Notes: generated from the letters alone by a model not told the origin. A DNA stretch of 64,000 nt from Candidatus Staskawiczbacteria bacterium (GCA_026395215.1 JAPLZC010000006.1:8081-72080), one strand, 5' to 3'. Shown: positions 42,108 to 50,883, counted from the first letter of the stretch. Program-made: numbers and translations.

Positions 42108-42296
42108 ATGGCTGAGAAAGAAAAACCAAAAGAAATTTGCCAGCAATGCGGAAAAACGTTGCCTATTTTGGATGACAAAGGGCGACCCAATTTTCGTACG
42201 GTTGGAGGCGAAGGTTTTGGTGCCGTAAGGAAACGTATTTGCAGGTACTGCCCAGATGAACCAAGGCGGATGAAGCCTGTTGGATTTGGGCAGTAA
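42108..42296 (+). CDS. zinc-ribbon mini-protein, GC-rich cassette i (62 aa)
   Basis: AGGAGA lies 6 nt before the ATG. CQQC..CRYC pairs. Sits immediately downstream of the T-box terminator and has its own terminator. Confidence 0.55.
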   Translation: MAEKEKPKEICQQCGKTLPILDDKGRPNFRTVGGEGFGAVRKRICRYCPDEPRRMKPVGFGQ

Positions 42297-42316
42297 AACT
42301 CTCCATACATGCAAAA

Positions 42317-42351
42317 AAGCGAGTACTCACAGGGTCTCGCTTTCTTTTTTT
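42317..42351 (+). terminator. rho-independent terminator after cassette i, upstream of tyrS
   Basis: aagcgag/ctcgctt stem, 12-nt loop, T-rich run. Confidence 0.7.
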
Positions 42352-42395
42352 GGGAAAAGTTGGTATTATTGAATAATGTTTTAAATTATAAAATC

Positions 42396-43604
42396 ATGAT
42401 AAATACAGACCCTAATAAAATAGAGGAAATTTTAACTCGTGGAGTAGAGGAGGTAATAGATAAGCAGAATTTAGAAAAGAAACTGAAATCAGGTAAAGTT
42501 CTACGCGTTAAACTTGGAATTGATCCTACAAGTCCAAATTTGCATTTGGGTAGGGCTATACCGTTGCTAAAGCTTAGAGATTTTCAGTTGGCCGGTCACA
42601 AAATTGTTTTAATAATAGGTGATTTTACCGGAGTTATTGGAGACACTTCCGATAAAGATTCTGAAAGGCCTATGTTAGATGAAAAGACTGTAAAAGCTAA
42701 TATGAAAAGCTATGTTAATCAGGCCGGAAAAGTTTTGGATATTAAAAAGTGTGAGATAAAATATAATTCTAGGTGGTTAAAAAAACTTGGCTTTGGTGAA
42801 ATAGGCAAACAGGCGGATAATTTTTCTCTAAATGAGTTTATTTCCCGAGAAAATATCAGCAAAAGGATGGATTCTGGAACAAGGGTCTCTTTAAGAGAAC
42901 TTTTGTATCCGTTAATGCAGGGGTATGATTCGGTTGCAGTTAAAGCTGATGTTGAAATTGGTGGAACTGATCAAAAATTTAATTTATTGGCGGGCAGGCA
43001 ATTGCAAAGGTATTATAAACAAGAACCTCAAGATATACTTATGAATCCTTTGGTGGAAGGTTTAGATGGTAGAAAAATGAGTTCTTCTTGGGGAAATACA
43101 GTAAATCTTTTAGACAGCCCAACAAATATGTTTGGAAAAATAATGTCCCTAAAAGATGAATATATAATAAAATATTTTGTCTTGGCGACAAGGATTGGAA
43201 TGGAAAAAATAAAAGAATATGAAACTGAACTAAAAGCTGGAAAAAACCCGCGTGATATTAAAGTTCTATTGGCCAAGGAAATTGTAAAAATGTATCACGG
43301 CGAAAAAGAGGCTAACAAGGCAGAAGAGGAATTTAACAAAGTACACCGCGATAAAGAATTGCCGACAGATATTCCGGTTTTTGAAACCGATAAGAAAAAT
43401 TATTTTATTGCGGATTTGTTAGTTGATACAAAATTAGTTTTATCAAAAAATGAAGCCAAAAGATTAGTAGAAGGCGGGGGAGTAGAAACTATTCTTGGCG
43501 AGAAAAAGGAAAGAATTACTGATTGGCGAAAAGAGGTCGTTTTGGAAGATAGCATGATAATAAAAGTTGGTAACAGAAAATTTGTTAAAATTAAACTTAA
43601 ATAA
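42396..43604 (+). CDS. tyrS: tyrosine--tRNA ligase
   Basis: HIGH-type HLGR, the KMSSS (KMSKS) motif and a C-terminal S4-like domain. Start taken at ATG 42396 rather than 42309. Confidence 0.9.
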   Translation: MINTDPNKIEEILTRGVEEVIDKQNLEKKLKSGKVLRVKLGIDPTSPNLHLGRAIPLLKLRDFQLAGHKIVLIIGDFTGVIGDTSDKDSERPMLDEKTVKANMKSYVNQAGKVLDIKKCEIKYNSRWLKKLGFGEIGKQADNFSLNEFISRENISKRMDSGTRVSLRELLYPLMQGYDSVAVKADVEIGGTDQKFNLLAGRQLQRYYKQEPQDILMNPLVEGLDGRKMSSSWGNTVNLLDSPTNMFGKIMSLKDEYIIKYFVLATRIGMEKIKEYETELKAGKNPRDIKVLLAKEIVKMYHGEKEANKAEEEFNKVHRDKELPTDIPVFETDKKNYFIADLLVDTKLVLSKNEAKRLVEGGGVETILGEKKERITDWRKEVVLEDSMIIKVGNRKFVKIKLK

Positions 43605-43605
43605 T

Positions 43606-45045
43606 ATGCAAAGATTTTTAATAAAGGATACGGCAAAACATGTAGGGGAGAAGGTTAGGGTTTGCGGGTGGGTGAACACATATAGGGCCCATGGGAAAAT
43701 TTTGTTTATTGATTTACGCGATATTAGCGGAGTTATTCAGGTGGTTTTTGTGCCTTCAAACAAAGAAGCTTATGAATTGGCGCAAACTTTAAGAACAGAG
43801 TGGGTTGTAGAAATAATCGGGACAATTGTAAAAAGGCCCGAGAATATGATTAATGCTAAAATTGAAACCGGAAGTGTTGAACTTTCTGTTGAAAGCTTGA
43901 AGGTTTTGTCACAGTCGGAAACCTTGCCATTGTCCATTGAAGGTGACGGTTATGAAATAAATGAGGAGGTAAGAATGAAATATAGGTACTTGGATTTACG
44001 CAGAGAAAGGCTGAAAAACAATATGTTAATGAGGCATAAAGTGATAAAGTTTTTCCGAGATTTTTTAGATGCAGAAGGATTTGCCGAAATTGAAACTCCA
44101 ATGCTGACAAAATCAACCCCCGAAGGGTCTAGAGATTTTATTGTTCCTTCAAGACTGCAGGCTGGTAAATTTTATGCGCTTCCACAATCTCCTCAGCAAT
44201 ATAAGCAACTCATAATGGCTTCCGGTTTGGAAAAATATTTTCAGGTTGCAAGATGTTTTCGAGATGAAGATTCAAGAGGGGACAGGCAGTTTGAACACAC
44301 CCAGCTTGATATGGAAATGAGTTTTGTGGAAAGAGAAGACATTTTGGAATTGGTTGAAAGAATGTTTATAAAATTGGTTGAAACGTTGTATCCTAATAAA
44401 AAAATTCAGGAAATTCCTTTTCCAAGAATCCCTTATGCCGAAGCTATGGAAAAATATAATTCAGATAAGCCAGATTTGAGAAAAGATAAAAACGACCCAA
44501 ATCTTCTGGCCTTTTGTTGGATTATTGATTTCCCATTTTTTGAGAAGACAGAAGAAGGCGGGTGGACATTTGTGCATAATCCATTTTCCGCGCAAAGGCC
44601 TGAATTTGTTCAGGATGTTTTGGACAAAAAGAATCTGGGTGATATTGTAGCAAACCAATATGACATTGTCCTTAATGGAATGGAGTTGGCCAGCGGCGGG
44701 ATTAGAAGCCACGACCCAAAAATTTTAGAAAAAGTTTTTGAAATAATGGGATATAAAAAAGAGGAGATCTGGGAAAAATTTGGGCATATGCTTACCGCTT
44801 TTACCTATGGTACACCTCCTCATGGCGGGATTGCTCCGGGAATTGATAGAATACTTTCAATTTTACAAAACGAGCCAAATATAAGGGAGGTTATTGCCTT
44901 TCCAAAAACTGGCGACGGTAGAGACTTTATGATGAATGCTCCATCAGAAGTTAGCAAAAAACAGTTGGAAGAACTTCATATAAAGATAGATTCAGCTAAA
45001 ACAAAGTTAGATCATAAGAAGCCCGCTAAAACTAGTAAGAAATAA
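43606..45045 (+). CDS. aspS: aspartate--tRNA ligase (bacterial-type core without the GAD insertion domain)
   Basis: OB-fold N-terminus, motif 2 FRDEDSRGDRQFEHTQLD, DKPDLR followed directly by FCWIIDFPFFE, and motif 3 GIAPGIDR. 479 aa. Confidence 0.9.
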   Translation: MQRFLIKDTAKHVGEKVRVCGWVNTYRAHGKILFIDLRDISGVIQVVFVPSNKEAYELAQTLRTEWVVEIIGTIVKRPENMINAKIETGSVELSVESLKVLSQSETLPLSIEGDGYEINEEVRMKYRYLDLRRERLKNNMLMRHKVIKFFRDFLDAEGFAEIETPMLTKSTPEGSRDFIVPSRLQAGKFYALPQSPQQYKQLIMASGLEKYFQVARCFRDEDSRGDRQFEHTQLDMEMSFVEREDILELVERMFIKLVETLYPNKKIQEIPFPRIPYAEAMEKYNSDKPDLRKDKNDPNLLAFCWIIDFPFFEKTEEGGWTFVHNPFSAQRPEFVQDVLDKKNLGDIVANQYDIVLNGMELASGGIRSHDPKILEKVFEIMGYKKEEIWEKFGHMLTAFTYGTPPHGGIAPGIDRILSILQNEPNIREVIAFPKTGDGRDFMMNAPSEVSKKQLEELHIKIDSAKTKLDHKKPAKTSKK

Positions 45046-45062
45046 AAAATATCTAATATAAA

Positions 45063-46124
45063 ATGACAACAGATGTCCTTGATGTTATTAAGGTTTTTGT
45101 ACTCGCAGCTATAACTTCAGTTGTGGCCATTTTGTGGTGTCCCTTGCTTACCAATTTTTTGTATAAGCATCAGCTCTGGAAAAAAATAGCCAGGCAAAAG
45201 GCAATGTCGGGCGAGGACGCCGTGGTTTTTAATAGTTTGCACAAGGAAAAAGAAGTTGGCACACCTCGCATGGGTGGACTACTTATTTGGGTAACAGTTG
45301 TATTTATTACTTTGGTATTTTTTGTTTTGTCGCTGGTTTTTCCAGATTCATGGGTTGCTCAATTTAATTTCTTATCAAGAAGCCAAACATGGTTGCCAAT
45401 TTTTACATTAATTATTGCGTCGATTGTTGGCTTGGTTGATGATTTTCTTGTTGTTAAAGGATGGGGAAAATATATTGGCGGGGGAATCTCATTCAGAAAA
45501 CGTTTGCTAATAGTAATTTTAATAGGTTTAATAGGTAGCATTTGGTTTTACCAAAAACTTGGCTGGGACACTGTGTTTATCCCATTTATAGGTGATATAT
45601 CCATTGGTCTGTGGTATATACCTCTATTCATAGGTGTAACTGTTGCTTGCTGGTCTGGAGGCATTATAGACGGCCTAGATGGCCTTGCAGGAGGTACATT
45701 TGCTTCAATATTTGGCGGATTCTCAATTATTGCTTTTTCTGCCGGTAAAATTGACCTCGCAGCATTTTGCGCGGTTGTAGCAGGAGCAATATTTGCTTTC
45801 TTGTGGTTTAATATTCCACCGGCAAGATTTTATATGGGAGAGACGGGGATTCTTGGTTTAACAACAGTTTTATCTGTCATAGCCTTTTTAACTGATTCGG
45901 TTTATATCCTGCCAATAATTGCCGGGCTTTTAGTGATAGAGGTTTTGTCGGTAATTATACAGCTTTTGTCTAAAAAATTCCTTAAGAAAAAAGTTTTCCT
46001 TTCTACTCCAATCCACCATCACTTTGAGGCGCTTGGCTGGCCCGCTTACAAAGTCACAATGCGCGCCTGGATTATAGGAATAGTCTTAGCCTTCATCGCA
46101 GTTGCAATAAGGCTTCTTAAATAG
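45063..46124 (+). CDS. mraY: phospho-N-acetylmuramoyl-pentapeptide-transferase
   Basis: GLVDDF, IIDGLDGLAGG and HHHFE motifs. 10 TM helices. Confidence 0.9.
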   Translation: MTTDVLDVIKVFVLAAITSVVAILWCPLLTNFLYKHQLWKKIARQKAMSGEDAVVFNSLHKEKEVGTPRMGGLLIWVTVVFITLVFFVLSLVFPDSWVAQFNFLSRSQTWLPIFTLIIASIVGLVDDFLVVKGWGKYIGGGISFRKRLLIVILIGLIGSIWFYQKLGWDTVFIPFIGDISIGLWYIPLFIGVTVACWSGGIIDGLDGLAGGTFASIFGGFSIIAFSAGKIDLAAFCAVVAGAIFAFLWFNIPPARFYMGETGILGLTTVLSVIAFLTDSVYILPIIAGLLVIEVLSVIIQLLSKKFLKKKVFLSTPIHHHFEALGWPAYKVTMRAWIIGIVLAFIAVAIRLLK

Positions 46125-46172
46125 TATAATGGAAAATTAAATAGTTTTGCCCCGTGATAAACACAGGGCTTT

Positions 46173-46243
46173 GGGCCCATAGTAAATCGGTATTATGCCT
46201 CCATGGCATGGAGGAGGGCGGGGTTCGACTCCCCGTGGGTCCA
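46173..46243 (+). tRNA. tRNA-Ala (anticodon GGC)
   Basis: Manual cloverleaf. Acceptor GGGCCCA/TGGGTCC with the G3-U70 Ala identity pair. Anticodon loop ATGGCAT. T arm CGGGG-TTCGACT-CCCCG. Confidence 0.85.
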
Positions 46244-46245
46244 CT

Positions 46246-47043
46246 ATGAAAAATATGGAAACAATGCACAATTCAAATAGTGAAAAAATAGTAGCTTTTG
46301 AAAATCAACAGGAGATTATGGGAAAAATCCGTGAAGACGGTTTTGCAGAATATGCTAAAACATTGCCAAATATGGCTGACGCTTTTGATTTGGAAAAAAA
46401 TAAGGCATCATCAGAACTTCATCGCTGTATTTGTTGTATGGATGGAAGAACTCCCTGCGGAATACATTCAGCCGGTAGTGGGATGCTTTTGTCAGATGCG
46501 GAATTTAATAAATTATTTGAAGAGTCGGAAGCTGATTCTATTTCCAGCCATACAGGTTGCGGAGCTGCAAAAATTTATGCGGAGAGAAACGGCCTTAGCG
46601 GAGACCCTGACGAGATAGCCAAACAATGGGCACAGGAAAAAGCCAAGGAATTGGGGGTTCCTTATGTTCATCTTGAAGTTGATAAACCTTTTCATTATGA
46701 GCGAGTTTGCTACTACGATGGCACAGGCAATTTTAATTACAAAGGAGTCAAAGGTTTACCACCTGGATTTGTTGTCGGAAGAAAATTTATGGAAAAAGGT
46801 GCATCTCTTGCCGAAGTTGGCGTTGCAATTAATATAATTTTTGGAGACCATGGTCTTGGAGGACTTCTTAACGAGGAGAATCCGTTTGTTTTAGCGGTTG
46901 TGGCGGATAATCAAAAGGAAATGGAAGAATTAAAAAAAGAACTGGAAGAAGTTGTAAAAACATTAGGAAAAAAAGTGACAATTAATGGATTTATTTCTCC
47001 AAAAGAGGAGGAAGAAACTAAAATCAGCCGTATAGCCGCCTAA
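46246..47043 (+). CDS. hypothetical protein with a beta-carbonic-anhydrase-like CxDxR / HxxC motif pair
   Basis: CCMDGR and SHTGCGAAK. Start taken at ATG 46246, after tRNA-Ala, not the track start at 46195. Confidence 0.55.
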   Translation: MKNMETMHNSNSEKIVAFENQQEIMGKIREDGFAEYAKTLPNMADAFDLEKNKASSELHRCICCMDGRTPCGIHSAGSGMLLSDAEFNKLFEESEADSISSHTGCGAAKIYAERNGLSGDPDEIAKQWAQEKAKELGVPYVHLEVDKPFHYERVCYYDGTGNFNYKGVKGLPPGFVVGRKFMEKGASLAEVGVAINIIFGDHGLGGLLNEENPFVLAVVADNQKEMEELKKELEEVVKTLGKKVTINGFISPKEEEETKISRIAA

Positions 47044-47092
47044 CAATTTTTCTGTTGTTGCTTTGCAAAATATAATTTGTTAAAATGTTTAT

Positions 47093-48274
47093 ATGAACTA
47101 TAAAAAAATAATTTATCCGATTATTTTAATTGTGGCTTTTGCCGCTTTTTTTGGTTTAGGAGCCTGGGTTGGCGTAACTAAAATGGCCTATCATGTTCCT
47201 CAGCCGGGGACAATTGATTTTTCTCTTTTCTGGGATGCTTATAGCAATCTCCAGAATAATTTTATAAATCCGTCAAAAATTACTGACAAAAAAGTGCTTT
47301 ATGGCGCCATAGAAGGAATGGCAAGTTCGTTGGGAGATCCCTACACCAGTTTTTTTGATCCAGAACAAGCAAAAATGTTTCAGCAGGATTTAAACGGATC
47401 ATTTGAAGGAATAGGAGTGGAGATTGGAATTAAAAAAGATTTAATTACTGTTATTGCTCCGCTGAAAGACACGCCGGGAGAGGCAGCTGGACTGAAGTCG
47501 GGAGATATAATTGTCAAAATTGACGGAAAAGACGCGACAAACATGACTACCGAAGAGGCTGTAAATTTAATAAGAGGGCCAAAGGGTACGTCGGTGACGC
47601 TAAATATTTTTAGAAGTAATTGGAACAGTGCAAAAGACATTAAAATTACCAGAGGCATTATTAATGTTCCGTCTATTGAATGGTCCTTAAAGCAAGGTGA
47701 TGTGGCTTATATACAAATTTATCAATTTGGCGGGTCACTGCCGACTGATTTTGAAAAAGTTGCGCTTGAGATTTTACAAAGCCCGGCAAAAAAGATAATA
47801 TTAGATTTGAGAAATAATCCTGGAGGATATCTTGATGCTGCCCAAAATATTGCAGGGTGGTTTATTGAAAAAGATAAAATTGTAACTATAGAAGATTTTG
47901 GAGAAGGTAAAGACCAACAAATTTATAAAACACAAGGAAATGCTAATCTTTCAGGTTATCCAATGGTTGTTTTAATTAACGAAGGCTCGGCTTCGGCATC
48001 GGAGATTTTAGCGGGAGCTTTGCGTGACAACAGAAATATCAAATTAGTTGGAGTAAAATCATTTGGAAAAGGATGCGTGCAGGAAGTTTTAGATTTGCCA
48101 GGAGGGTCATTTCTTAAGATAACCATTGCCAATTGGCTTACTCCAAAAGGAGGTTCTATATCAGACGTAGGATTAACCCCGGATATTAAAGTTGAAATTA
48201 CAGAAAAGGACGCAGAAACCAAAAAAGACCCTCAACTAGACAAAGCCCTTGAAATTGTTGGTGGTTTAAAGTAG
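47093..48274 (+). CDS. S41 family carboxy-terminal processing peptidase
   Basis: N-terminal TM helix, PDZ region (GLKSGDIIVKIDG), catalytic GSASASEILAGAL and the KSFGKG block. Confidence 0.85.
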   Translation: MNYKKIIYPIILIVAFAAFFGLGAWVGVTKMAYHVPQPGTIDFSLFWDAYSNLQNNFINPSKITDKKVLYGAIEGMASSLGDPYTSFFDPEQAKMFQQDLNGSFEGIGVEIGIKKDLITVIAPLKDTPGEAAGLKSGDIIVKIDGKDATNMTTEEAVNLIRGPKGTSVTLNIFRSNWNSAKDIKITRGIINVPSIEWSLKQGDVAYIQIYQFGGSLPTDFEKVALEILQSPAKKIILDLRNNPGGYLDAAQNIAGWFIEKDKIVTIEDFGEGKDQQIYKTQGNANLSGYPMVVLINEGSASASEILAGALRDNRNIKLVGVKSFGKGCVQEVLDLPGGSFLKITIANWLTPKGGSISDVGLTPDIKVEITEKDAETKKDPQLDKALEIVGGLK

Positions 48275-48328
48275 AATACAAATATTGTAATAATCAAAAA
48301 AATATAAATAAAAAGAAAAATAAATAAT

Positions 48329-48796
48329 ATGAAGGTTATATTACTGCAAGACGTTGAAGGTCTTGGAAAAAAATACGAAGTAAAAGAAGTAAAAAATGGT
48401 CATGCCAGAAATCTTTTGTTGCCTGAGAAAAAGGCTAGGGCCGCAACAAAAGAAGCATTAAAATGGTTGGCTGATCAGAAAGGTGTTATAGAGAAGGAAG
48501 TTGAAGAAGATTTAAAGAAGGCGCAGGAATTGGCTTCACAATTAGATGGTTTAGAAGTAGGTATTACTGTAAAGGTTGGCGATGAAGGACAACTTTTTGA
48601 ATCAATTAATAGCCAGAAAATTGTTGAGAAATTAAAAGAGATGGGTTTTGAGGTCAAAAAATCTCAAGTTAAACTTGAAAGTCCCATAAAAGAAACAGGA
48701 GAATTCGCGGTAAGCATAAACCTAGATCATAATTTAGAAGCAGAAGTTAAGGTTGTAATAAGCGGAGAAAAATCAGAGGAAAAAATAGAAGAATAA
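48329..48796 (+). CDS. rplI: 50S ribosomal protein L9
   Basis: MKVILLQDVEGLGKKYEVKEVKNGHARNLLLP is a typical L9 N-terminal domain. Confidence 0.9.
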   Translation: MKVILLQDVEGLGKKYEVKEVKNGHARNLLLPEKKARAATKEALKWLADQKGVIEKEVEEDLKKAQELASQLDGLEVGITVKVGDEGQLFESINSQKIVEKLKEMGFEVKKSQVKLESPIKETGEFAVSINLDHNLEAEVKVVISGEKSEEKIEE

Positions 48797-48805
48797 AATT
48801 ATAAT

Positions 48806-50437
48806 ATGCCAACAAAATACATTTTCGTCACTGGGGGCGTAATGTCGGGGGTGGGCAAGGGTGTCGCAACAGCTTCAATAGCAAAGCTTCTCCAATCGCG
48901 CGGTTTTAGTGTCACTGCTATCAAAATTGATCCTTATGTCAATGTTGATGCCGGGACAATGAATCCAACCGAACATGGGGAAGTTTTTGTTTTGGACGAC
49001 GGAATGGAGTGCGACCAAGATATGGGAAATTACGAAAGATTTTTGGATGTAAGCCTTTCAAAGGCAAACTATATGACAACTGGAAGTATTTACCTTTCAG
49101 TTATACAAAAAGAGAGAAATCTTGAGTATAAAGGAAAGTGTGTTGAGGTTGTTCCACAAATTCCACTTGAAGTAATTAACAGAATTGATAATGCGGCCAA
49201 GGAAAGCAAAGCAGATATTGTTATGATAGAGGTTGGCGGGACAGTAGGGGAATATCAAAACGTTTTGTTTTTAGAAACAATCCGTATGCTTAAAATAAAG
49301 AAGCCAAAGGATGTTCTTTTGGCCTTGGTCAGCTTTATTCCCGTATTGGGCGCCGGTGGCACAGAGCTTAAAACAAAGCCTACACAGTATGCTGTGAGAA
49401 CATTAAACTCGGCAGGACTACAGCCGGATATAATTTTAGCTAGAGCCACAGTTCCGCTGGATGAAAAAAGAAAACAGACTATTTCACTAAATTGTAATAT
49501 AGATAAAGAATTTATTATTTCAGCACCAAATGTTGAGAGTATTTATGACGTACCTATTAATTTTGAAAAAGATAATTTTAGCGATAAAATTCTAAAGAAG
49601 CTTTCATTACGTTCAAAAACAAAAAATTTGCAGGAATGGAATACACTTGCTAATAGCATAAAGAATTTTACCGGAGAGGTAAAAATTGGGATAGTGGGAA
49701 AGTATTTTGGAAGCGGAGATTTTGTTTTAACCGACTCATATATTTCTGTTTTAGAGTCTGTAAAACACGCTGCGTATTCCTTGAAAAAGAAGCCGGTAAT
49801 AAGCTGGCTTGATGCAGATTCTTACGAATCTTCACCGGCAAAGTTAAGTGAACTGAAATCTTTTGACGGTATAATTGTTCCCGGCGGATTTGGAAACAGA
49901 GGAATAGAAGGCAAAATAAAAGCCATTGAGTATTGCAGAGTAAATAAAATTCCTTATTTTGGACTTTGCTATGGTATGCAATTAGCTTGTATAGAATTTG
50001 CCAGAAATGTGGCTGGGCTAAAAGATGCCAATACTACAGAAATAGACAGGAAAACTAAAAACCCCGTTATAGACTTAATGCCCGAGCAGAAAATTTTAAT
50101 CGAAGAAAAACGCTATGGCGGGTCTATGCGTCTTGGGGCTTATCCTTGTAAGTTAATAAAAGGGACTAATGCATTTAAAGCCTATGGCCAAGAAAATATT
50201 TCAGAAAGGCACAGGCATAGATTTGAATTTAATAATAATTACAGGGAAGTTTTATCCAGCAAGGGTTTAATAATTTCAGGAATAAATGCAGATAGAGACT
50301 TGGTGGAAATAGTGGAGATAAAAGACCACCCATTCTTTGTAGGCACACAGTTTCATCCGGAGTTTAAATCTAGGCCGTTAAAACCGCACCCATTGTTTAA
50401 GGAGTTTATAAAGGCGGCAATCAAGAAACACGCATAA
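48806..50437 (+). CDS. pyrG: CTP synthase
   Basis: KYIFVTGGVMSGVGKG start and the GATase block GLCYGMQ..HRHRFE. 543 aa. Confidence 0.95.
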   Translation: MPTKYIFVTGGVMSGVGKGVATASIAKLLQSRGFSVTAIKIDPYVNVDAGTMNPTEHGEVFVLDDGMECDQDMGNYERFLDVSLSKANYMTTGSIYLSVIQKERNLEYKGKCVEVVPQIPLEVINRIDNAAKESKADIVMIEVGGTVGEYQNVLFLETIRMLKIKKPKDVLLALVSFIPVLGAGGTELKTKPTQYAVRTLNSAGLQPDIILARATVPLDEKRKQTISLNCNIDKEFIISAPNVESIYDVPINFEKDNFSDKILKKLSLRSKTKNLQEWNTLANSIKNFTGEVKIGIVGKYFGSGDFVLTDSYISVLESVKHAAYSLKKKPVISWLDADSYESSPAKLSELKSFDGIIVPGGFGNRGIEGKIKAIEYCRVNKIPYFGLCYGMQLACIEFARNVAGLKDANTTEIDRKTKNPVIDLMPEQKILIEEKRYGGSMRLGAYPCKLIKGTNAFKAYGQENISERHRHRFEFNNNYREVLSSKGLIISGINADRDLVEIVEIKDHPFFVGTQFHPEFKSRPLKPHPLFKEFIKAAIKKHA

Positions 50438-50444
50438 CAAAAAA

Positions 50445-50471
50445 ACCGTCCCGATGTAACGTCGGGGCGGT
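50445..50471. terminator. bidirectional terminator between pyrG and rpmA
   Basis: accgtcccgatg/cgtcggggcggt stem flanked by an A run and a T run. Confidence 0.8.
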
Positions 50472-50480
50472 TTTTAATAA

Positions 50481-50789
50481 TTACTTTGTCTTTGCTACCT
50501 TGGCCTTTTCTACAGCAGGTATTACTGAAACAATCTTGGCAACTCTTGTTGCTCCGTTAAAAATCTTTTTGGATTTTGAGCCAAATTCTACCACACCATC
50601 CTTCATAGCGTAAATAGTGTTATCGGAACCCATTTTGACATTTTTGCCCAAAAGGTATTTTGTTCCGCGTTGTCTGACAATAATCATTCCAATTCTGACT
50701 TTTTCGCCGGCCGAAACTTTTATTCCAAGCCTTTGAGCAGCCGAATCTCTCCCTAGCCTAGATGAACCTCCTTGTTTAGATGTTGACAT
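50481..50789 (-). CDS. rpmA: 50S ribosomal protein L27
   Basis: [27 protein letters not shown] blocks. Confidence 0.9.
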   Translation of the reverse strand: MSTSKQGGSSRLGRDSAAQRLGIKVSAGEKVRIGMIIVRQRGTKYLLGKNVKMGSDNTIYAMKDGVVEFGSKSKKIFNGATRVAKIVSVIPAVEKAKVAKTK

Positions 50790-50883
50790 GTGAATTTTTG
50801 AACGAAGTGAGAAAAATTCATCCCGAGCCAGTAGGCGAGGGAATGCCTTTCACGTTCTTTCTTAATTTTGTTATAATAATAGT

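Noticed and set aside
46195-46245. A Gly/Arg-rich N-terminus (MPPWHGGGRGSTPRGST) for the 46195 ORF.
   Set aside because: These codons are the body of tRNA-Ala (46173-46243). The real start is ATG 46246.
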